Of a stretch of 64,000 nt of DNA, positions 63,944-64,000 are shown piece after piece (the first letter of the stretch is position 1; each line of letters starts with the position of its first letter). The stretch comes from Malacoraja senta. Its lineage: Eukaryota. The position numbers and the translations under genes are program-made. Under the pieces are notes generated by a model that saw only the letters and a list, made by a program, of their open reading frames with translations, did no database searches and had not been told where the DNA came from. The stretch spans positions 1 through 64,000 of the forward strand of contig JAXLNO010000628.1 of the NCBI GenBank assembly GCA_038087875.1, given 5' to 3'.

Positions 63944-64000
63944 TAACTCTGTTAAACGTCCATGTCTTGCAAGTAATGGACATATTTTCAAATTAGCACA

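Overview
This window is repeat-saturated vertebrate non-coding DNA. The repeat complement (HE1 V-SINEs, HER1/CR1 LINEs, Rex1/Babar, Penelope) points to a cartilaginous fish, probably a skate or ray (inference). I found no host-gene exon I can support. All recognisable coding sequence is retroelement-derived: an intact 964-aa CR1 ORF2 nested in another CR1, disrupted CR1 and Rex1/Babar ORF2s, a Penelope/Neptune-type RT + GIY-YIG element, and L1/Tx1 3' fragments with TSDs. DNA transposon MITEs (Harbinger-like, hAT-like, Tigger-like, one unclassified) are also present, and there is a 200-N gap at 57829-58028. The most interesting signal is a family of about 20 short (~95-200 bp) elements matching the 3' terminus of the Penelope element. 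The better-preserved copies start with a minimal hammerhead-ribozyme-like core (CTGAAGA-A-GGGT-loop-ACCC-GAAA-CGTC). Several have their own target-site duplications, and several occur as head-to-head palindromic dimers. Coordinates were read by eye and ends may be off by a few bases.
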